Virus record (IMG/VR): IMGVR_UViG_3300044898_000016
Coordinates: 1-64,000 of that record
DNA from: a virus
Taxonomy: Duplodnaviria > Caudoviricetes
Length of the DNA: 64,000 bases
Reading direction: 5' to 3' (one strand)
The notes beneath the pieces were generated by a model. The model saw nothing but the letters and a program-made list of their open reading frames with translations. It did no database searches and was not told where the DNA came from. The translations under genes and the position numbers were made by a program. Below are positions 16,449 to 25,540 of this stretch, piece after piece. Position 1 is the first letter of the stretch. Every line of letters starts with the position of its first letter.

Positions 16449-16488
16449 TCTGATTCTGAATATCCTTTTGAATACCCGAAATGGTATA

Positions 16489-16517
16489 TAGACAAGTCGA
16501 TATAGTTTCGGTATAGT
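16489..16517 (+). promoter_or_regulatory. Promoter overlapped by an imperfect palindrome
   Basis: TAGACA-17 nt-TATAGT; ATACCCGAAA...TTTCGGTAT inverted repeat. Confidence 0.55.
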
Positions 16518-16524
16518 CGGGGGC

Positions 16525-16662
16525 ATGGAAAACAACTACAATACAACGCTCGAATCAATGGCAGCCGACCAAGCGTTACTAGTCGAACTCGAAGGGCCGG
16601 TCTGTTCTGAGTGCAACAACACGCCCGAAACCGGAGCGTGCTTTTACTGCAAGATGGACTGA
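16525..16662 (+). CDS. Small Cys-rich protein (45 aa), probably leaderless
   Basis: Manual translation ...VCSEC...ACFYCKMD. Confidence 0.5.
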   Translation: MENNYNTTLESMAADQALLVELEGPVCSECNNTPETGACFYCKMD

Positions 16663-16670
16663 AGATTTAC

Positions 16671-16862
16671 ATGCGATCTGAGAGGGATGAAAAGCTAAGC
16701 GAGGTAAAATTTCTAATCGCGTTCTACGAAAGGCGCGGCTGGGATTGGGGCTTACCCGCTGAATTCCTGCTACAGAAAGCTAACGGCGGGCCGCTGGTTA
16801 TCCGAACACGAATTGGAGTTGAGAGTGAGCGAAAAACCACACGACAGAGGAAAGTGCGCTGA
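16671..16862 (+). CDS. Hypothetical protein
   Basis: ORF. Confidence 0.4.
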   Translation: MRSERDEKLSEVKFLIAFYERRGWDWGLPAEFLLQKANGGPLVIRTRIGVESERKTTRQRKVR

Positions 16863-17001
16863 CCTCGATTGCTCGATTTGTGCAAACGGTGAAGATGAGT
16901 TTGAAGAATGGGTTTTCGAGGTAGGGCGTCAAATCGAATCCACGCGGCGATCCGAAACCATGTCGGCGGCTGACTATGGAATTACTATCAACGCGAGATA
17001 G
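16813..17001 (+). CDS. Hypothetical Cys-containing protein
   Basis: CADLDCSIC. Confidence 0.45.
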   Translation: MELRVSEKPHDRGKCADLDCSICANGEDEFEEWVFEVGRQIESTRRSETMSAADYGITINAR

Positions 17002-17188
17002 CAGCCGCATCGTTCCTGACGAACTCTGCGAGCATGTTGAAATGGGCGCTCTCTCTGTGGGCGGTTTTTGTTTCACGGGAAGGCTTGATCCGATAAATGT
17101 TGGGATGTGTCAGCCGTGTTTAGATTGGTGTTTAGCGAACTTGGCTGATCCTGAAAAACTAGAAAACCTAGGAGGCGAAATTGAATAA
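16976..17188 (+). CDS. Hypothetical Cys-containing protein
   Basis: ORF with CEH...CF...CQPC. Confidence 0.45.
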   Translation: MELLSTRDSSRIVPDELCEHVEMGALSVGGFCFTGRLDPINVGMCQPCLDWCLANLADPEKLENLGGEIE

Positions 17189-17426
17189 AGTTAAGCCATT
17201 TGTGGCGTTCGGGAACGGATACTCCGACGAATTTAAGACGTTCGCGCAAGCAAGGGCGGCGGTAAAAACCAACAAGAACGGAGCGGTTTATGTGCTGGCT
17301 TGCTCTTGCGGCGACAACGAGGGATGCAGTTGGTGCAACGGGAATCATACATCGAAAGTCAGCACGGAGACCACGCGCGTGCTGCGGAAAACTGGCAGCA
17401 AGTATCGCTTTACGGGAGAAGGATAG
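17181..17426 (+). CDS. Hypothetical protein
   Basis: GGAGG SD with TTG start; CSC...CSWC. Confidence 0.6.
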   Translation: MNKVKPFVAFGNGYSDEFKTFAQARAAVKTNKNGAVYVLACSCGDNEGCSWCNGNHTSKVSTETTRVLRKTGSKYRFTGEG

Positions 17427-17432
17427 ACGGCC

Positions 17433-17606
17433 TTGTCTACCATCAAACAACTAACCTGCCTCCGCTGTGGAAATAAATGGTATCCACGAAGTCCTGATCC
17501 TCCTAAGACGTGCGCGGCGTGTAATTCTCCGTACTGGAATCGAAAGCGCGGGGCGGTCAGAGTTGGGCGTCCAAAACTAAAAAAGCGTTATGGGTCGAAA
17601 AATTAA
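17433..17606 (+). CDS. Zinc-ribbon DNA-binding-type protein (57 aa)
   Basis: Manual translation from TTG: CLRCGNKWYPRSPDPPKTCAACNSPYWN. Confidence 0.6.
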   Translation: MSTIKQLTCLRCGNKWYPRSPDPPKTCAACNSPYWNRKRGAVRVGRPKLKKRYGSKN

Positions 17607-18162
17607 AAACAAGACAGGCTGGCGTCTGGGCTACCTAAACGTAATTGAGTTGGCGGGAATGAAAGACGGGCGCACTACTTGGCGTTGCGTATGCGACTGT
17701 GGCAGGGAAGTAATACTTCGCACTTCAAATATCCGAAACGATAAGGCGCGCAGTTGTGGGTGCCAAGACGGAGTAAGAAGAACGCTGAAATTTGCCCGCA
17801 TGATGCTAAAGATTTTTAGGCACTCCCACGAGAAGGGTCAACTACGCCGCAAGCACGCCCAAGACCGACCATTTGAATTAACGGCAGAGGATATTGAGCG
17901 TTTGATTTTCTCTGACTGTCATTATTGCGGCGTCCCGCCAAGTAATGCCCGCCGATTAAAGGGCTACCGGGAATATGCGTGGAATGGAATTGATCGTGTT
18001 GATAACGCTAAAGGCTATACCCCGGAGAATACGGTTGCCTGCTGCAAGACTTGTAACTATGCAAAAAACAAGATGTCTGTCGATGAGTTTCTCGGATGGC
18101 TCGAACGTATAGCAATCCATCAAACCGCTTTGGGTAATATTTCCTTAAGGGAAGCAGAGTGA
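17590..18162 (+). CDS. HNH homing endonuclease
   Basis: WRCVCDCG...SCGC N-terminal domain; CHYCG...GIDRVDNAKGYTPENTVACCKTCNYAK. Confidence 0.9.
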   Translation: MGRKIKNKTGWRLGYLNVIELAGMKDGRTTWRCVCDCGREVILRTSNIRNDKARSCGCQDGVRRTLKFARMMLKIFRHSHEKGQLRRKHAQDRPFELTAEDIERLIFSDCHYCGVPPSNARRLKGYREYAWNGIDRVDNAKGYTPENTVACCKTCNYAKNKMSVDEFLGWLERIAIHQTALGNISLREAE

Positions 18163-18899
18163 AACTACTCGATTTGTATTGCGGGGCGGGCGGTGCGGCT
18201 ATGGGGTATTACCGTGCCGGGTTCACCGAGATTGTCGGTATCGACATCGATCCCCAGCCTAACTACCCGTTTGACTTTGTACGGATGGATTTCATGGACT
18301 TGTTCACTTATCCCTATCCGCAGTACTGGCAGGACGCCGACCTGATCCATGCCTCGCCACCGTGCCAGGCATATTCCGATCTCGCAAAGCGGAACGGGAA
18401 CGAACACACGCACCCGAAGTACATTGAAGCTCTGCGAGAAATGCTGGACTCGACTAACAGGGATTGGGTTATCGAGAACGTCGAAGGCGCTCCCTTGTTT
18501 GAACCTCTCATCCTTTGCGGCACGATGTTCGAGTCTTTGCGCGTGTTGCGGCACAGACTGTTTGAGTTCTCTTACTCCATTATTCAGCGAAGCAAACTCG
18601 CCGCGCCTTTTCATCCGAAACATCCGCTTGTTTACACTCGCGACAAGCGAAAAGCGCATTACGGGAAGCTGAACGAGTGGGATTCGCCTGTCAGTGTTAA
18701 TGGCGGCGGCAACTGCTCTGTCGAGGCGGCGCGAGACGCAATGGGCATCGACTGGATGACGAAAGCGGAACTTAACGAAGCGATTCCGCCGGCCTACACG
18801 GAATGGATCGGAAGGCAACTACTGGAAAGCGGACTGATACAAGCGAAAGTAGCGTGGACTAAATGGGATGGATCGATCCAAAGGACTGAAGGAGCGTGA
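18159..18899 (+). CDS. C5-cytosine DNA methyltransferase (compact phage type)
   Basis: LDLYCGAGG, HASPPCQ, VIENVEGA. Confidence 0.9.
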   Translation: MKLLDLYCGAGGAAMGYYRAGFTEIVGIDIDPQPNYPFDFVRMDFMDLFTYPYPQYWQDADLIHASPPCQAYSDLAKRNGNEHTHPKYIEALREMLDSTNRDWVIENVEGAPLFEPLILCGTMFESLRVLRHRLFEFSYSIIQRSKLAAPFHPKHPLVYTRDKRKAHYGKLNEWDSPVSVNGGGNCSVEAARDAMGIDWMTKAELNEAIPPAYTEWIGRQLLESGLIQAKVAWTKWDGSIQRTEGA

Positions 18900-18902
18900 A
18901 CT

Positions 18903-19130
18903 ATGAACTCGGCACTGATTATCTACGCGGTATTTTCCACCAGCGTCGCTGTGTGGGCTTTGTTTCAGCTATCGGTCGAGCGGTCACTGTCTCGCCTTGA
19001 TGCTCAGTTTCGAGAGAGCGACCGCAAGTTTTATCGCGGATGGGAAAACATTTGGTTCGCTCAACTTGAAAAAACGACAGGACGATTAAGGCCCGCAAAG
19101 CCGAAAGTGCGACCAAAGAAAAAATCCTGA
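18903..19130 (+). CDS. Membrane-anchored hypothetical protein
   Basis: N-terminal hydrophobic helix. Confidence 0.55.
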   Translation: MNSALIIYAVFSTSVAVWALFQLSVERSLSRLDAQFRESDRKFYRGWENIWFAQLEKTTGRLRPAKPKVRPKKKS

Positions 19131-19171
19131 TATGCCAAAGAAGAAGAAGCGCAAGCCAAACCAAATCTAGG

Positions 19172-19384
19172 TTGATGAGGAACGGTGCAATCGATCCAGT
19201 CGAGGGCGCGGTTTGGCGTGTCGAGCGCAATGAATTAATCGACAAGCGGGCGGGCGGTGAACGCCGATGGGTCGTTGACTTCCTTGCGAAGTACGTCCGG
19301 CCTGACAAGGTTGACGGCGCGTATTTGCCTGATGTCGAAGGCTCGCTAAATCCCGGTGAGGTCGTCTGGAATTGGCGACCGTGA
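19172..19384 (+). CDS. Hypothetical protein
   Basis: ORF. Confidence 0.45.
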   Translation: MMRNGAIDPVEGAVWRVERNELIDKRAGGERRWVVDFLAKYVRPDKVDGAYLPDVEGSLNPGEVVWNWRP

Positions 19385-19469
19385 AAGCAAAAAAAGGATC
19401 GCTCCCCCTACTACGAGGTAGCGACCCTTAAGTTACGAAACGAACACTAAATGGAAGGATAGCAGAATC

Positions 19470-19856
19470 ATGGTTGCTACGCAGTTGAAGTATCAAGAGT
19501 CGCTAGAGTCGCACGTGTGTGTGAGTTGTGGCGTTTCCTTTGCGATGCCAGAGTGGTTTATCGACGCGAGGCGCAAGGATAAGCGGGCCTATTACTGCCC
19601 TAACGGTCACTGCCTTTCTTATGCCGAAGGCGAGGCAGATAAACTGCGCAAGCAACTCGAAGCGGAGCGCGCGCGCATTGAGATGTTTCGACGTGAGAAT
19701 CAAGAAAAAGAGCGGACAATAACATCTCTGAAAGGGCAAATCACAAAGACAAGGAATCGTATCAGCAAGGGTATCTGCCCCTGTTGCAATCGTTCGTTTG
19801 TGCAGCTCGGACGGCATATGAAAACAAAGCATCCTGACTACACGCAGAAGCAATGA
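19470..19856 (+). CDS. Zinc-finger/coiled-coil protein
   Basis: CVSC...CPNGH, coiled coil, CPCC...HMKTKH C2H2-like motif. Confidence 0.75.
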   Translation: MVATQLKYQESLESHVCVSCGVSFAMPEWFIDARRKDKRAYYCPNGHCLSYAEGEADKLRKQLEAERARIEMFRRENQEKERTITSLKGQITKTRNRISKGICPCCNRSFVQLGRHMKTKHPDYTQKQ

Positions 19857-19920
19857 GGATTGACCACTTTGGGAGTCCCTAGCGGTCTCCCAGTCTGTTC
19901 GGTTTAGGAAAGGAATTTTA

Positions 19921-20268
19921 GTGACGAAAAAGGAATTGCAAGCCGAAGTTGAGCGGCTGAGAGGTGTGTTAGCGGGCCAAATAGATCGTGACATGATCCT
20001 TAAGCATTTAGGTTACACAGCGGGCGACGGGATAACGATTGCGGTTTCCCCGCCTGAGTTTGTGCGCCGATTTTTTGCTGAACTGTTTATCGTGGCAATG
20101 GACGATGCTCCTAACTTTCAAACAGGTTCAGTTCAATTTAAGGCTCAGGATTACGAGCTAACTATACGACGCATTAGCGGCAAGTCTACCGCTCAGGTGT
20201 TAGGCGAATTGCGAGCTGAAAACGCTCAACTGCGTTCCGAGTTGGAGCAAACCCAAACGACACCGTAG
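19921..20268 (+). CDS. Hypothetical protein
   Basis: AAGGA SD with GTG start. Confidence 0.6.
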   Translation: MTKKELQAEVERLRGVLAGQIDRDMILKHLGYTAGDGITIAVSPPEFVRRFFAELFIVAMDDAPNFQTGSVQFKAQDYELTIRRISGKSTAQVLGELRAENAQLRSELEQTQTTP

Positions 20269-20382
20269 AGAGGTTTGCGCAGCCATGATCCAAAAAGCAT
20301 TAGAACGACTTTCAATAGGAGCGATCATGTTGTGGTTTGGGATGCTGGCTGTGTCGAGATGGGGAAGGAAGAGGTTTGAGGC

Positions 20383-20865
20383 ATGATCAAATTTACTGTA
20401 GTAGGAATTCCGCAACCAGCGGGTAGCAAGCGAGCCTTCATCATTCCCGGTAAAGACGGAGCGAAGGGCCGTGCAATCGTGACGGACGCAAACCCAAATG
20501 CGCGGGACTGGAAGAACGCGGTTGCACAAACAGCAATCGAGTCACGCAATGGTGCTGGCCCCGACTTACTGACCGGCCCGCTTTCGTTCACAGCGCGTTT
20601 CTACCGTCCGCGACCGCAAGGACACTACGGCAAGGCAGGGCTGAACAAGAAAGGGCGGGAGACGCCGTTTCCTACATCAAAACCGGACGTGTTGAAGCTA
20701 GCGCGCGGAACTGAAGATGCGTTGACGGGAATTATTTGGAGAGACGACTCGCTGATTGTGCATGAAGATATTCGGAAGCTTTGGGGCGAGCCCGCAAGGT
20801 GTGAAATCGAGATACGCGAGGTTGTGAATCGTACAGCCTTGGAACCTGTTATCGGCGTAGATTGA
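20383..20865 (+). CDS. rusA: RusA-family Holliday junction resolvase
   Basis: GIPQPAGSKR, KPDVLKL...DALTGIIWRDDSLIV. Confidence 0.9.
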   Translation: MIKFTVVGIPQPAGSKRAFIIPGKDGAKGRAIVTDANPNARDWKNAVAQTAIESRNGAGPDLLTGPLSFTARFYRPRPQGHYGKAGLNKKGRETPFPTSKPDVLKLARGTEDALTGIIWRDDSLIVHEDIRKLWGEPARCEIEIREVVNRTALEPVIGVD

Positions 20866-21051
20866 AAAGGAGAAAGAGTGACAATTCTAAAGTTTCTACC
20901 GTGGGCGATTTTTAGTGGCGTGACGACGGCCTTCGCGTGGCCTTCTCTGTCCGCAGGGATGCGGGCCGGATTATTAATTTTCACGGCATGGTGGATCGCG
21001 GGAAATATCGCACACGAAATCTGTGTCGCAAAAAGAGAGAGGTAGTCAACC

Positions 21052-21408
21052 ATGAAACCACGGGAAGCCAAGAAGCGAATACGACTTCGAACAACCATCG
21101 TAATTGAGTCTGAGTCTGCGAAGGATTTAGACGACTCATTGAAACAAGGCGCGTCGCTCGCCAAAGCGTTAGTGATGGAAATGTCATGGAAATCCTATCG
21201 CCAGCGGGTTATTCCTCCGACCGCGCCAGACGTGCAGATCATTGAAAGCAAGCGAGCGTTTTACGGCGGCGCGTTCTCGCTGTTTCATTTGCTCACCCGA
21301 ACGGTTTCCGTTGGGGACGAAGTAAGCGGGGCGGACATGCAAGCGATGGAAAGCATAGACCGGGAATTCAAAGATTTTTATCTCAGAATGGAGGAAGGAA
21401 AAGAATGA
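21052..21408 (+). CDS. Hypothetical protein
   Basis: ORF with SD. Confidence 0.65.
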   Translation: MKPREAKKRIRLRTTIVIESESAKDLDDSLKQGASLAKALVMEMSWKSYRQRVIPPTAPDVQIIESKRAFYGGAFSLFHLLTRTVSVGDEVSGADMQAMESIDREFKDFYLRMEEGKE

Positions 21409-21701
21409 GCGAAATCAACTGTTTTGCTGTCGAGCGACCGTGGGGCCGAAAAGAGCGGTTCATCTTCTGGCTGTTTCCGAAGGACTACAAAGCATTGCCG
21501 AAAGCACCGGCGACTCATAAAGATGTGCTCACGGTGCGAACGATCTGTGTGTTCGGGTTTATTGACAGGCTGAGAATTCTTATCTCAGGCCGCACGTTTG
21601 TGGAGACGAGGACGGTTTGCGAAAACGAAGTAGGCAACAACGCAACTGCCGTATCCATGTTTGTTCTCTCACCGTGGGATACGGATGACTACCATGACTA
21701 G
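21405..21701 (+). CDS. Hypothetical protein
   Basis: ATGA-coupled ORF. Confidence 0.6.
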   Translation: MSEINCFAVERPWGRKERFIFWLFPKDYKALPKAPATHKDVLTVRTICVFGFIDRLRILISGRTFVETRTVCENEVGNNATAVSMFVLSPWDTDDYHD

Positions 21702-21897
21702 CGCATCGGTTCGCGGTTCTTTGGACTTTGAGAGCGCTCTCGCGGATCTGATTATTATCGCCCGCAAGGAGTTCGGCGAAACCGAGTACGCCTACTATCG
21801 CGTCGGAGGGCTGTATCGAGACAGTTTTGAGCGGGTTGTTTCACGTGAAGGGTGGCGTGAAGTCCTACTCAAGATCATCAAGGAACTGCATGTTTGA
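21694..21897 (+). CDS. Hypothetical protein
   Basis: Overlap-coupled ORF. Confidence 0.5.
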   Translation: MTSASVRGSLDFESALADLIIIARKEFGETEYAYYRVGGLYRDSFERVVSREGWREVLLKIIKELHV

Positions 21898-22105
21898 AGA
21901 TAATCCGCGCGACGCACAAGGGCGCATTCTGTACTTAGTTGGGGACGTTATGACAATCCCGTTCCAGCGCTACCCCGGCCCCGTGCCCGCCCCTGTTGAA
22001 GCGAGGGTTATCAAACAGCACTCGCCAACCTATTACGAATTTGAATGGATTGACGAATACGGGAAAACGAAACGGCGAAGCTTAATCAGAAGTCAGTTAC
22101 CTTAA
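21890..22105 (+). CDS. Hypothetical protein
   Basis: Overlap-coupled ORF. Confidence 0.5.
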   Translation: MFEDNPRDAQGRILYLVGDVMTIPFQRYPGPVPAPVEARVIKQHSPTYYEFEWIDEYGKTKRRSLIRSQLP

Positions 22106-22222
22106 AAAGAAAGACGCTCCCGGAACTGTCATTCCAAAAGCGTCCCCAGTTGAACTCCAAAGAGTTCGTGTGTGTTGCAAAGAGAAGATACCACAGAAAA
22201 CACTTTGGAGAGGAATGAAAAT

Positions 22223-23197
22223 ATGAGTGCTGCGATTGAAGTTGCCCCAAAGATCGATCCGACAAAAGCTCTGGCTAATGTCATTAACCAGATCAATCGT
22301 CTTGAACAGTCTGAACATATCGTCATCTCGATGCTTTCCCTGCTTTCAGATGATGAGTTAATGGAGACTCGAAACTCCGCGCGCCTGGTCTATTGCTGCG
22401 CTTGGAAGATCGAGATCGCTTGTGATGCCGAGATCTGGGATCGAACGAAAACGAACCTTACCAAGAGCGGCGTGAAGGACGTTGACGAGAAAGGAGTCAT
22501 GGCTGCGGTGAACAAGCGTTCGCAAGAATTGGGATGCGGCGCGAGCACGATTCGTGCCAACCGGCACCTTTATTTGACGTTTGAACCTCTGCTAAGTACT
22601 CAGCAGAGGTCACTGGACGACAAAGGGTTTTATCAGGCGGCGCTAAAAGCGGACGATCCGATCGCTAAAATCGAGGAGTGGACGCAGCGCAAACTCGACA
22701 ACCCGCACTTCCGGCCGGCAGATGCTTGGCGAGAGGTCAACGCTGAAAAGGAGCCTGACGCGTCACCCGATCCGCGCCCGAGCGAGATTGCCGTGCTACA
22801 TGATCCTGACGTTCGCGCGTGGCTAGAAGGCGACTTGGCAGAAGAGCAGACCAAGGAGCCAATGGTTCCGACGTGCGCGCCGTGGCTCCGCAATATGATC
22901 CATGCCAGGATCGGGCAAATCGAATGGCAGTTAGATCGCACGGTCGAGGGCGACTGTCGGATCATCAAACAGGCTGTCTCTGAAACGCTCGGCACTGACG
23001 ACGAAGTGTTTATGTGGCTACAGGAGCGCAGCTACTTTATGAGCGATCCCGAGTTGGAAGATCGGCTAACGATGCTGGTCGAGTCAGGTCAAATCAGACT
23101 GAAACAGGCCGAAGGAAGAAAGAAGGGGCAACGCGGGAAAATGGTCGATGTCTACCTTCCGGTTTACGGTTTGAATGGCGACGATGAAGACGACTGA
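22223..23197 (+). CDS. Hypothetical protein, possible HTH regulator
   Basis: Long ORF; VNKRSQELGCGASTIR resembles an HTH. Confidence 0.65.
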   Translation: MSAAIEVAPKIDPTKALANVINQINRLEQSEHIVISMLSLLSDDELMETRNSARLVYCCAWKIEIACDAEIWDRTKTNLTKSGVKDVDEKGVMAAVNKRSQELGCGASTIRANRHLYLTFEPLLSTQQRSLDDKGFYQAALKADDPIAKIEEWTQRKLDNPHFRPADAWREVNAEKEPDASPDPRPSEIAVLHDPDVRAWLEGDLAEEQTKEPMVPTCAPWLRNMIHARIGQIEWQLDRTVEGDCRIIKQAVSETLGTDDEVFMWLQERSYFMSDPELEDRLTMLVESGQIRLKQAEGRKKGQRGKMVDVYLPVYGLNGDDEDD

Positions 23198-23435
23198 AGA
23201 GAAAATGCGTGAGCCAGCGTCAGCCGAAGATTGCTACGAGCGTGTCATGGCGTGGCGCAAGGCGAATCCAAGGGCAAGCTGGCGCGAGACTTTTGAGAAC
23301 GTCCCAAATCATTACTCGTCATCCGTGGCTATGTATGGGTCGATGCTCCAAGTTGAAAGGAAACGTGCGCCGGAGGATTTTAAGATTCACCTACACCCGC
23401 ATCGGCCTGATTTCCACTATCAACCAAGAGACTGA
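23175..23435 (+). CDS. Hypothetical protein
   Basis: ORF. Confidence 0.5.
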   Translation: MATMKTTEEKMREPASAEDCYERVMAWRKANPRASWRETFENVPNHYSSSVAMYGSMLQVERKRAPEDFKIHLHPHRPDFHYQPRD

Positions 23436-23471
23436 AGGTTGATCTATCGTTGGGAGAGGTAAAATAGAAAT

Positions 23472-23717
23472 ATGTTAAGACTTGAATCAGCACCGCTCTT
23501 GCAATGGGTGTCTGTCGAAGATCGGAAGCCGCCGATAAATTCAGTGAACAAGCCGCAACCTTATGTCTTGGCGATTGATGCGAAGGATCGAATGAGCGTT
23601 GGCTATGCGAGGCTGTATTCAACGGGTGAACTTTGGTGGACGTTTGCGAAGCCGATTGGTGAGCCGACGCATTGGATGCCGTTGCCAAATCCGCCCGCCC
23701 GTTCGATTCGAGGGTAG
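23472..23717 (+). CDS. DUF551-like protein
   Basis: WVSVEDRKP...PTHWMPLPNPP. Confidence 0.8.
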   Translation: MLRLESAPLLQWVSVEDRKPPINSVNKPQPYVLAIDAKDRMSVGYARLYSTGELWWTFAKPIGEPTHWMPLPNPPARSIRG

Positions 23718-23754
23718 ATGAAGACCCAGAACTCTCACGATGGATCGTTGTTGC

Positions 23755-23772
23755 GAGCCCTAGGACGGGCAG
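23755..23772 (+). promoter_or_regulatory. boxB-like hairpin, copy 2
   Basis: GAGCCCTAGGACGGGCAG. Confidence 0.4.
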
Positions 23773-23907
23773 GAGGTTGAGTGATGATGGGGTGTGTTTG
23801 GGTGTATAATTCTCCGTGGCAAGTATGCGTCGGAACTACCTCTAGGCGTCTTTGACGTACAGCGCAAATAGCGCGGAGTTGAGGCCGGGGACTTGCCGTA
23901 AAACTGA

Positions 23908-24159
23908 ATGACTATCAATTTTAGATTAGGCCCGATTGCTGTCACGGATATAAGAACGTGGCGTGAGGATTTGTGGGACGCGGGTTGGGTTGTTCGCCGC
24001 TTTGGTACGGTGCGGGGAACCCGCTGGTGGAAGTTGTTGCTATGGCGGCGAAGCGTTAAAAGAGAATGCGACCAGATAAGCGCAAAATCTGTAAAGTTGG
24101 AAGGGGTCGAACTAAGAAGCGGCTGCGACGGCGCAAGCGCGTTCGTTACCGCAAACTGA
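23908..24159 (+). CDS. Hypothetical protein
   Basis: ORF. Confidence 0.45.
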   Translation: MTINFRLGPIAVTDIRTWREDLWDAGWVVRRFGTVRGTRWWKLLLWRRSVKRECDQISAKSVKLEGVELRSGCDGASAFVTAN

Positions 24160-24622
24160 CAACTAACGGAGGCCGTCATTGCCGCTGAATCGTGGAGCAT
24201 GGTGCTCGTGCCTTGGGAAAACACTCCGGCCTCTCGATGAGGATGTAAATTTGGCGCTACTCCGTGAAAGCCGGAGACACGAAAAAGAGCCGCTTGGGAG
24301 ACAGGCGGCTCTTACTTTCTAAGGAGAGCGGAAAGGAAAAGGCCCGCGATGTTACTCACGAGCCCTCTTCTGTTTTTTAACGGGGGCCGACCTCCTCCAC
24401 CAGAGCATTTGAAAGCGGACGCGCTGGGTGCCGCCGATGGAAGAGCCTCCCATCCATTGTGAATTGCGACTGAGGTTCCTCACGCCACGCCACTTTTTCA
24501 GGCCGCTGCCCACTTTTGGAACGCGAGACGACTTAGCGACTCTCTCAGACACGCCGCAATTCTACCACGCCTCCCGCCAACCCTCAGAACTTAAACCCGC
24601 AAACAATGGCATTCTGAGGGGC

Positions 24623-24784
24623 ATGACAATCTCTGAATACTTCGCGCCTCGGTTTGGTTTTGGCTGGCTTATCGCCTTAATCGTGTTCATTTTGTGCATT
24701 GTGCTGGCTGTTCTTGGTGCCCACCTGACTCCCGTGATGGTGTTGGGATTGATTGGGGCTTTGGCGCTGGCACGTCTCACGTAA
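24623..24784 (+). CDS. Small two-TM membrane protein
   Basis: MTISEYFAPRFGFGWLIALIVFILCIVLAVLG...LGLIGALALARLT. Confidence 0.6.
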   Translation: MTISEYFAPRFGFGWLIALIVFILCIVLAVLGAHLTPVMVLGLIGALALARLT

Positions 24785-24800
24785 ACAAGGGATTCGTGCA

Positions 24801-25079
24801 ATGGACAAACTTAAGGTACTTCTCGGCTCAAACAAGTTTCGCGGTCTGCTCGTCACCGTGATCGGGTTGGCGATTGTTAAGTTTTTCAAGGTCGAAGTCG
24901 CGCCAACGACGATCATGGAGTTTGTTGTGCCAATTAGCGCCTGGCTGATTGGGCAGGGGATCAGCGACGCGGGCAAAGGCGCGGCACAAGTTGAGGCTAT
25001 CGTGAACACGATTAGCCCCGCGTCCGGGATGTCGCCCGACCAAAAATCGATCACGTTGGACGCCATTAAGAGCGTATAG
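24801..25079 (+). CDS. Holin-like membrane protein
   Basis: KVLLGSNKFRGLLVTVIGLAI...SAWLIGQGISDAGK, a two-TM small-holin pattern. Confidence 0.65.
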   Translation: MDKLKVLLGSNKFRGLLVTVIGLAIVKFFKVEVAPTTIMEFVVPISAWLIGQGISDAGKGAAQVEAIVNTISPASGMSPDQKSITLDAIKSV

Positions 25080-25087
25080 GATCAAGC

Positions 25088-25456
25088 ATGAGTGACGACG
25101 CAATAACAATCGAGGAAGGTAAGCCGCCCTCACTGGGATTTGAAAGCATCGGCCCGTTTAGTGTCTGGAAAATCACGGTAGACAGCTACCGAGTGCCGGG
25201 GCTCACGGGTCGCGTAGACGAGGAAACCGGAATGCTTCACCTATGCTTAGATGAGCGGTGGGGCATTGAAGTTCCCAGACAATACGGAACTCAGGTGTGT
25301 TGGTTAATCGCGAACGCGCTGGCAATCGGCGCTGGTTATTCGTGTTTTGGAGAGCATAGTTTGATGGGCGATCCAAACAAGTTCAAGTGTCGGGTAACCG
25401 AGATTGCTACAGTGCCTGAAATCGAAATGCCGGAAATTACAGATACTGCAAGTTGA
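25088..25456 (+). CDS. Hypothetical protein
   Basis: ORF with AGGA SD. Confidence 0.6.
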   Translation: MSDDAITIEEGKPPSLGFESIGPFSVWKITVDSYRVPGLTGRVDEETGMLHLCLDERWGIEVPRQYGTQVCWLIANALAIGAGYSCFGEHSLMGDPNKFKCRVTEIATVPEIEMPEITDTAS

Positions 25457-25540
25457 GGGCTTTAGTCCGAACTGTGAAAACGAATTCGCCGTTCCGACAT
25501 AGCGAAAGGACAGCGTTCGACATCCTATTGTGAGGTAACT

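Noticed and set aside
24352-24552. Minus-strand 66-aa ORF in the early/late boundary region
   Set aside because: No SD or motif; the region looks regulatory and contains terminator-like hairpins.
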